NCBI GenBank assembly: GCA_021774915.1
Contig: JAJFIO010000114.1
Location: forward strand, 1 to 44,677
Direction: 5' to 3'
DNA: 44,677 nt
Origin: Alphaproteobacteria bacterium
Lineage (GTDB): Bacteria > Pseudomonadota > Alphaproteobacteria > SMXP01
Positions 38,291 to 44,677 of this stretch are shown here, one piece after another; the stretch's first letter is position 1; each line of letters begins with the position of its first letter. The position numbers and the translations under genes are program-made. Under the pieces are notes generated by a model. The model saw only the letters and a list, made by a program, of their open reading frames with translations, searched no databases and had not been told where the DNA came from.

Positions 38291-39406
38291 ATGGCCGCTT
38301 CAGATTTCAAAAGTTCCATAACCCGCGCTCTTCTTTTCTGTCTTGGCCTGATGTTCAGCCAATCGGCAGCTGGTGTGTCACACGCCAAAGAATACCTCCT
38401 GACCGCCGCCAAGCCCGATCGCCTGTTCCTGATGGACATGAGCGCGCGGAAAATTGTCCGCGAATACAAAATCCCGGGACCCATGATCGCGCCGATGACA
38501 TTTGTCCCTTCGCCCGACGGAAAAACCGTCTACATCGTCACCAATCGCGAAAAGTCCATCACCGGCATAGATATGGACAGCGGCGCGCAAGTTTTCAGCG
38601 CCGACATGAGCCCTGAGTTTGATATCCGCACTAAAAATTTCGGCCTTGAGATCAGCCCCGACGGCAAGGAACTTTATTCTTATGATGTGGCGGCGCGACT
38701 CCACCCCGATAGATACGAAGTGCTTGAGTCGCGCATTTCGGTGTTCGCCACCGATGGCGGAGTGCAAGCCAAAGCCATCCGGTCCTTTGCCGCGCCCCGG
38801 CGCATTCACTTGCTGATGATGTCGACAGACGGCAATTCTCTTTATGCTCTGGGCAAGGATTTTTACACTTTCGATCCGGTGAGCGGCGAGCTTGTGGATA
38901 CCTACCCCTTTCTCAACTGGAAGCGGCCCAACATGTCGCCGCCGGATCTGCTGAATTTCTGGCCATTGTGGGATCAGACCATGATCTTCAGATCACTCTA
39001 CACGGTGGCCCGGACCAATCTGCCGCCCACAGATCCCAATGCTTTTGCCGTAGGAATTTTAAGCCTCGATTTGAAAAGCGGTGAGATGGGGGTCGAGGAA
39101 TTGAAAATTCCGCCTGAAGTGCTGTTCACCATCGTCACCAGTCCCAATCGCCGCGACGCCTTTGCGGTCTTCAATAATCTGGTGAAAATTGATTTGGAAA
39201 CCGGCGAGGCCGTTAAGACAGTTGAGGTTGACCACTCTTACTACATTGCCCAGATTTCCGGCGACGGAAGGGAAGTCTATCTGGGCGGCACCATGTGCGA
39301 CATTCCCATCTATGCGGCGGACACGTTGGAAAAACTGGACCAGATCGAACTTCCCGGATGTCCTGACATGGCTGGATCTCCCCTTAAAATTATCCACCGC
39401 GATTAA
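38291..39406 (+). CDS. qhpB: Quinohemoprotein amine dehydrogenase beta subunit (beta-propeller)
   Basis: Sec signal peptide, EYLL..AKPD.L, SPDGK repeats, PRRI, HSYY....S.DG..VYLGG and C-terminal LPG..DM. Follows qhpC. Confidence 0.9.
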   Translation: MAASDFKSSITRALLFCLGLMFSQSAAGVSHAKEYLLTAAKPDRLFLMDMSARKIVREYKIPGPMIAPMTFVPSPDGKTVYIVTNREKSITGIDMDSGAQVFSADMSPEFDIRTKNFGLEISPDGKELYSYDVAARLHPDRYEVLESRISVFATDGGVQAKAIRSFAAPRRIHLLMMSTDGNSLYALGKDFYTFDPVSGELVDTYPFLNWKRPNMSPPDLLNFWPLWDQTMIFRSLYTVARTNLPPTDPNAFAVGILSLDLKSGEMGVEELKIPPEVLFTIVTSPNRRDAFAVFNNLVKIDLETGEAVKTVEVDHSYYIAQISGDGREVYLGGTMCDIPIYAADTLEKLDQIELPGCPDMAGSPLKIIHRD

Positions 39407-41100
39407 ATGGGTACTGACGGGAACGCCATCACCTGGGCGCTGACATTCATCAAAGCGCATGCGCGGCGCTTGTGGCTAGTGCTCTTCTTGTCTTTCCCGA
39501 CCGTCGGTCTCGGGCTCGCACAACCTTACCTGACAAAAATCCTGATTGACGACGGCATCCTGGCAGGAAGGATCAACGTGGTGTTCTGGACGTGCGCGCT
39601 TTTCCTGGCCGCTTCCGCATCTCTGTTCGCTTTGAGTGCTCTTCATCGGTGGTTCTATATTGATGTTTCCAGCCGCATCCTGTTCGACATGCGCGAAGAC
39701 GTGTTCCGCCATCTTCTTAAACTCTCCCCGCGCTTTTACACGCACCACAAAAAAGGGGACATCCTCTCACGCATTGACGGAGACATTGCACAAGTCCAGA
39801 GATTTTGCACTGACACCCTGCTAATGATGATCAACAACACACTTCTTCTTTTCGGATCACTCATCATTATGCTGGGTTTAAGCTGGAAGCTTTCGCTCCT
39901 GGCTTTCGCTCTTCTGCCCGCGCAGGTTTTTTTTTACGCGCCATGCGCACGCGCCTCGAACGGATTGCCTTAAAGGTTAGGCAAAACGTTGCCCGCATCA
40001 CCGACTTTCTGGTCACCTCTCTTTCTGCAGTGAAATATATTCAAGCGGTGGCTACCGAACGCCATGAGAATGAGCGCTTGGAAGACCTCAATCAAGGCTA
40101 TAGAAAAGACCTCCTCCGCCAGCAAATGACCGGCTATGTCGCCACCGGCGTACCCGGACTGATGCTCTCCATCGCCACCACCGGCGTGTTCCTGGCGGGC
40201 AGCCAGATGGTCATCTCCGGGTCCCTGTCTCTGGGCGCCCTGGTGGCGTTCACCACCTATCTGGCGCGCGCCACGGGGCCGGTGCAGTCTTTTCTGGGGC
40301 TCTATCCGGCGTATCAGAGGACCAAAGTCTCTCTCGCCCGCGTGATGGAGATCGCCGCAGAGCCTGTTGGCGTGCCGCGCGGGGGACCCGGCTTGGCTCT
40401 TCCTCCCGGCGGCACAGGGGAGATCAAACTAGACGGCGTTTTTTTTCGGTATGAGGAGGACGCGGACTGGATCCTTCGTGACGCCACACTCACCCTCCCC
40501 GGCGGACAAAAAACCGGCGTGCTTGGCCTTTCGGGCGTGGGCAAAAGCACGCTGATTGATCTTCTCCACCGCCATTATGACCCGCACAAAGGCACAATCC
40601 GGTTGGACGGCATTGATCTCAAAGACCTCAATTTAGCTGACATGCGCCGGAAGATCGCCGTGGTTTCTCAAGATCCGGTTCTATTCAGGGGCAGCTTTCG
40701 CGACAATATCCGCTATGGCACAGATCACGCCACCGACGTGCAGGTGAAAGACGCGGCCAAGGCGGCGCAACTCCATGATCATATCAACGCATTACCGCAA
40801 GGGTATGACAGCGATGTCGGCGTCGATGGCCGCACTCTGTCCGCCGGGCAAAAGCAGCGCCTCTCAATCGCCCGGGCGGTGCTCGCCGATCCGCTGATCC
40901 TGATCCTTGATGAAGCCACCGCCGCACTAGATATCGAAACGGAAGAAAAACTGATGGCCCGGATCGATGCTCTGTTCTCAGAGCGCACACGGATTATCAT
41001 CTCCCACCGGGCTTCGGCTTTCCGTGACGCGGATCTCATTTTGAAGATGTCAAATGGCGCTCTCCTCCCTCAGTATAAAGCGCCTGACCAGAAAACATGA
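39407..41100 (+). pseudogene. qhpF: QhpF-like ABC exporter (TMD plus NBD), split by a frameshift at a T9 tract into ORFs 39407-39973 and 39943-41100
   Basis: The transmembrane domain (QPYLTKILIDDGI, GDILSRIDGD) continues in another frame into Walker A GLSGVGKS, signature LSAGQKQR and Walker B LILDEAT. One extra T at 39927-39935 fuses the two ORFs. This may be a sequencing artefact. Confidence 0.8.
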
Positions 41101-41780
41101 CCACACGGTGTAAAATCGGACTTCTGGATTCAGGCGTTGGGGCGAGCATTGCCTGCTCTGCCGCCATTCGCATTGAACTGAGTACAGAGGGAGAGTGCGT
41201 GCACAGCCCTGCCGTGGCCGATCAGCTTGGCCATGGCGATGCGATAGCCCAGATTATCTTAGCGGGGGCGCCGCAGGCTGATTTGGTCAGCGCACAGATT
41301 TTCCATGACACGCTCACCACCAGCCCCGCACTCATCGCAGAAGGGATAGACTGGGCGCTTGGCCAAGGCGCGCGCCTGATCACTATGTCTCTGGGCGTGC
41401 GGGCGGACCGGGCGGTGCTGCGCCACGCCTGCCAAGTGGCACTGGGGGCGGGCTGCATTCTGGTTGCCGCGACGCCGGCGCGGGGACCTGATGTTTTCCC
41501 GGCGCATTATGACGGCGTGATCCGCGCCATGGGCGATGCGCGGTGCGGCCCACATGACATCTCGGCGCTCATGACACAGCGTGCGCATTTTGGCGCGCCG
41601 CCGCAAGCAAGTGATATTCTGGGGTCGGATCATCCCTTACGCGGCGCGAGCTGCGCCACGGCGCGGGTTACCGGACGCTTGGCCGCCCTGATGGAGGTTG
41701 AGCCCCACATCTCCAGCCAAGAACTCATCGACAAGCTGGCCCAAACGGCGCGTTTCCATGGCCCCGAGCGGCGTGTTTAG
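41097..41780 (+). CDS. qhpE: Subtilisin-like (S8) leader peptidase for QhpC
   Basis: Catalytic triad motifs LLDSG, DQLGHG and GASCATA, plus FPAHY.GV..A.GDARC and C-terminal GPERR. Short S8 protein in the qhp cluster. Confidence 0.88.
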   Translation: MTTRCKIGLLDSGVGASIACSAAIRIELSTEGECVHSPAVADQLGHGDAIAQIILAGAPQADLVSAQIFHDTLTTSPALIAEGIDWALGQGARLITMSLGVRADRAVLRHACQVALGAGCILVAATPARGPDVFPAHYDGVIRAMGDARCGPHDISALMTQRAHFGAPPQASDILGSDHPLRGASCATARVTGRLAALMEVEPHISSQELIDKLAQTARFHGPERRV

Positions 41781-43135
41781 AGCGGCGTTACCGACTGCTC
41801 GCGCAGCCAACGCAACGCCACCTCGATTTGGCGGGGAGCGACGTCAAATTTTCGGGCCAATTGGTCCTCCGACAGGCTAGTGCCGGGAGCTTTGACCTCC
41901 CGCCACAAATCCGCCATGGGGACACCGTCCAACATCAACACCCCATCGGGATTTGCGGGGGTGACAAGCACGTCCCTTTCCACCACGAACCCCTCCTCGA
42001 CCACCCCGCGCCGGTCAAGAGTTATTGGCGCATTACCTTCGTCCACAGTGTGGTCGATCTCCTCCCGGTGCAGCCAATCCCGTCTCTCCTGCCAAAAGGG
42101 ACGGCCGCTCCATTGCTTTTCTTCAGCATAGAATTCCTGTCCCGCCTTGACCTGATGAATGAAGCGGCGTTTCACACGGGATCCATAAAACGCCATGGCA
42201 AGGTCTGCCTGCGCGGGTCGATTGAGGATCGTGTTCAGGGTGGGGGCAGCCGTCAGGCCCGATGAGATCGCCTGAAAAATGCCATGCCCTGACAAGGGGT
42301 CAACACTCGCGGCGGCATCTCCAACCCGGATCATAGCCTGCGTGATAGGCTCGTTCGATAAAGCAACGCTCGCATCGCGCACAAAAAATTCATCCAAAGG
42401 CGTGAGATGTTCTCCCAAGTCATCGCGATACTGATTCAAAATATCGCCCACGATAGCCCCATGTTGGTCCATAAGGTGTTTGCGGGAACCGGAGGGTGTG
42501 TTGTCAAATCCCGTGAGCGCCTGAACTGAGACCCGTCCGTCTCCTAAATTAGCCAACCAGGACCACCCATCACAGTGGGAGGCAATCGCGGTAAAACTTT
42601 TCCCAAGCTCAGCGCCCTCATACCAACGGGCGAGAGAAAAAGTGACCGGCCCGCATATTTGAGCTTGTCCACGAGACAAAGCCCGCCGCCCGCGCGCCTC
42701 CACGATCATCCGTGCACGGCAAATATGTGTTTTACCTTGCGTCTCACGCGTATGAATGCGCCATCCGGCTTCGTCATGCTTCATGCGCACTGCGGACCCG
42801 TTGACGACCGTCACGCCCGCCTCAGCTACGCAATCCAGCAGCGCCCTGTCAAAACCCGTGCGCTCGACAAGGACTTCGCTGTTGGCGGCAGACTCTTGCC
42901 CATTCCAGTGCACCCGGCGTATTGCGGGCGCGGTGCTGAGCGCAGCGGCGCGCGCAAAGCCCAGATTTTTAAGCGCTTCCACCGTGCGCGGCGCCAGCCC
43001 TTCCAGCGCGCCTCTCGGGCGGGGGCGCGCCATAAGGATGACGGCCATCCCAAGCTCCGCTGCCCGTGTCGCGGCGATGCCCCCCGCCGGGCCGCCGCCA
43101 ATCACCGCCACATCAAATTCAGGCTGTACTGTCAT
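41777..43135 (-). CDS. qhpG: FAD-dependent monooxygenase, QhpG-like protein-tryptophan hydroxylase for CTQ biogenesis
   Basis: VIGGGPAG, VEARGR, RVGDAAASVDPLSGHGIFQAISS and FY..E...FW motifs. Adjacent to the qhp genes. Start placed at ATG 43135. Confidence 0.85.
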   Translation of the reverse strand: MTVQPEFDVAVIGGGPAGGIAATRAAELGMAVILMARPRPRGALEGLAPRTVEALKNLGFARAAALSTAPAIRRVHWNGQESAANSEVLVERTGFDRALLDCVAEAGVTVVNGSAVRMKHDEAGWRIHTRETQGKTHICRARMIVEARGRRALSRGQAQICGPVTFSLARWYEGAELGKSFTAIASHCDGWSWLANLGDGRVSVQALTGFDNTPSGSRKHLMDQHGAIVGDILNQYRDDLGEHLTPLDEFFVRDASVALSNEPITQAMIRVGDAAASVDPLSGHGIFQAISSGLTAAPTLNTILNRPAQADLAMAFYGSRVKRRFIHQVKAGQEFYAEEKQWSGRPFWQERRDWLHREEIDHTVDEGNAPITLDRRGVVEEGFVVERDVLVTPANPDGVLMLDGVPMADLWREVKAPGTSLSEDQLARKFDVAPRQIEVALRWLREQSVTPL

Positions 43136-43192
43136 TGCGCCCCGGCCCAGAGTCTTCATTGCGGGGCACACTCTAACAGGCATTGCCTGGAT

Positions 43193-43230
43193 AAAGAAAA
43201 AGTGCGCCCCCTTTTCAAGGGACGCACTTT
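43193..43230 (-). terminator. Rho-independent terminator downstream of the TonB-dependent receptor
   Basis: On the minus strand an AAAGTGCGTCCC / GGGCGCACTTT stem-loop is followed by a T-rich tail, about 45 nt after the stop. Confidence 0.7.
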
Positions 43231-43273
43231 CCAAAGTCTGCCTTTTTTCAGGCTATTGCCTGGAACCCGCTCC

Positions 43274-44677
43274 TTAAAGATGAGCGGCGGCTCTGATGCC
43301 CCACCAGCGCGGCCGGCCAAAGGCCTGCTGGTTGAAGCCAAAAAATCCGGTGAAGTCGAATGTATAAACTTTGTATTCTTCTTCAAAGGCGTTTTGCACG
43401 AAACCACCCAGCTCCCACCTTCTGTCGGGGCTGTAATAGGTTGCGCGGAAATTCCAGATATCATAGCCATCTTCGCTCGACACGGGATGGTTTTGAATAT
43501 CAAAGAACGTCTTGGTCTGATAGGACGCATCGACTTGAAAAGCGATAGAGCCCATATCAGCCATATCATGCTCATAACGCACCAGACCATTCAACTGCAC
43601 TTTGGGTGCCAGCACCATGCGACGATCATGTGGCACGCCCAGAGAATCGGCGACGTTCTTAGCCTTGGCTTCAGGCAGATAGGAAATTCCGAACAGCGCG
43701 TCCAGTCCCTCAACAGGAGTGAGGGTAATTTCCGCCTCAGCGCCCGCCACTTTAGCGTCTGCATTGACGATGACCTGGCTTAAGCCCTCGAAAGTAAAGG
43801 CCTGGAAGTCTTCGTAATCATAATAGAAGCCAGCGGCATTGATACGGGCCTTACCGTCCAGAAGAGTGAGCTTGACCCCGGCCTCATAAGAGGTAAGCGT
43901 CTCTTCCTTGTAAGGAATTTCCCCCGGCACATTCGATCCAAAAACACCGCTTCCATCCAGGATACCCGTATTAAAGCCGGCCGATTTGGTGCCGCGCGAC
44001 ACGGTGGCGTAAAGCAGCGTGTCTTCATTGGGCCGGAAATCAATCCCGATTCGCCCGGTGACATTATCCGTCTTCTGCTCCGCCAGTCCGCCATTAACGG
44101 CTTTATTAAAGACAAAACCAACCGGTCCGCAGCAACCCGAAATGTCGGTGCTCAGATAATTGAGCTCTTTATCCTCGTCGGTAAAGCGCAAGCCGCCGAT
44201 CAGGGTCAATTGCTCGGTCACATCAAACTCCGCCTGACCGAAGAGCGACCAGGACGTGGTTTCCTGTTTATATTCCACATCTATGTTCACGAATCCGAGT
44301 CCCGATGTATCCAGATCCGGGGATCCGTCCACTTCCTGATCGAAGAAATAGAAACCACCGGTCCAACGCAGACGCTCGCCTTCACCGGCAATCCGCAATT
44401 CCTGCGTAAACTGATCAATCTCCGCCGAAAAGGTTGGGTTGATGAGCGGGAACGGGCTCATTTCCGTATCTTCTTCAAAGAAGCGTTCGAACTTCTCATA
44501 GGCTGTAACGGATGTCAGGGTTACTGTATCGTTCAGATCCCAATTGATGGTCGCGGAAGCGCCGCGATTCTCAATCTTCAAGCCGCCGTCGCGGTCATAA
44601 GACCCTTTCCAGGGCGAACCGTCGGTGTCTTTAAATCCGAACGCATCACACCCCGGGCAGGTTGCATAAAAATCAAC
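43274..44677 (-). CDS. TonB-dependent outer-membrane receptor, C-terminal beta-barrel part (5' truncated by window edge)
   Basis: Frame open to the window end. Motifs LTSVTAY, QELRIAG, GGLRFTDEDK, YATVSRGTKSAGFN, EETLTSYEAGVK, NAFEEEY and GRPRWWGI, with alternating beta-strand pattern. Confidence 0.92.
   Translation of the reverse strand, partial: VDFYATCPGCDAFGFKDTDGSPWKGSYDRDGGLKIENRGASATINWDLNDTVTLTSVTAYEKFERFFEEDTEMSPFPLINPTFSAEIDQFTQELRIAGEGERLRWTGGFYFFDQEVDGSPDLDTSGLGFVNIDVEYKQETTSWSLFGQAEFDVTEQLTLIGGLRFTDEDKELNYLSTDISGCCGPVGFVFNKAVNGGLAEQKTDNVTGRIGIDFRPNEDTLLYATVSRGTKSAGFNTGILDGSGVFGSNVPGEIPYKEETLTSYEAGVKLTLLDGKARINAAGFYYDYEDFQAFTFEGLSQVIVNADAKVAGAEAEITLTPVEGLDALFGISYLPEAKAKNVADSLGVPHDRRMVLAPKVQLNGLVRYEHDMADMGSIAFQVDASYQTKTFFDIQNHPVSSEDGYDIWNFRATYYSPDRRWELGGFVQNAFEEEYKVYTFDFTGFFGFNQQAFGRPRWWGIRAAAHL

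Noticed and set aside
42575-43783. 402-aa plus-strand ORF
   Set aside because: Antisense shadow of qhpG and the TonB receptor, with no recognisable motifs.
1-44677. CRISPR arrays, tRNA/rRNA genes, transposases, integrases, prophage or defence genes
   Set aside because: No spaced direct repeats, RNA-gene signatures or such ORFs were seen. Nearly all sequence is accounted for by metabolic genes.

Overview
A 44.7-kb aromatic-catabolism region, probably alphaproteobacterial (inferred from gene families and one REP-like repeat). I saw no RNA genes, CRISPR arrays or transposases. Left to right it has five blocks. (1) The end of an acoB/acoC acetoin-dehydrogenase-type operon. (2) A phenylacetyl-CoA (paa) cluster with paaZ, paaX, paaG, paaJ, paaK, a TetR/PaaR-like regulator and beta-oxidation genes, but no paaABCDE. 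In their place sit an uncharacterised ferritin-like di-iron protein and a [2Fe-2S]/FAD/NAD reductase, preceded by the same TGATAC-N26-GTATCA operator found at paaZ/paaX. This pair is a candidate new two-component aryl-CoA epoxidase and is the top finding. (3) An iad-like indole-3-acetate cluster: CoA ligase, Cys-less thiolase plus DUF35, SDR, MarR, Rieske alpha/beta, isatin-hydrolase-like cyclase and IorAB. (4) An anthraniloyl-CoA monooxygenase (abmA) operon with no anthranilate-CoA ligase, which suggests IorAB supplies anthraniloyl-CoA directly. (5) A full quinohemoprotein amine dehydrogenase set (qhpADCBFE plus qhpG) with a lipoprotein-anchored alpha subunit and a T9-frameshifted qhpF, followed by a partial TonB-dependent receptor. 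A shared TTTA-N4-TAAA palindrome precedes blocks 3, 4 and 5, suggesting one aromatic amine to indole to anthraniloyl-CoA regulon. All functional calls come from motif recognition by eye; no database search was run.
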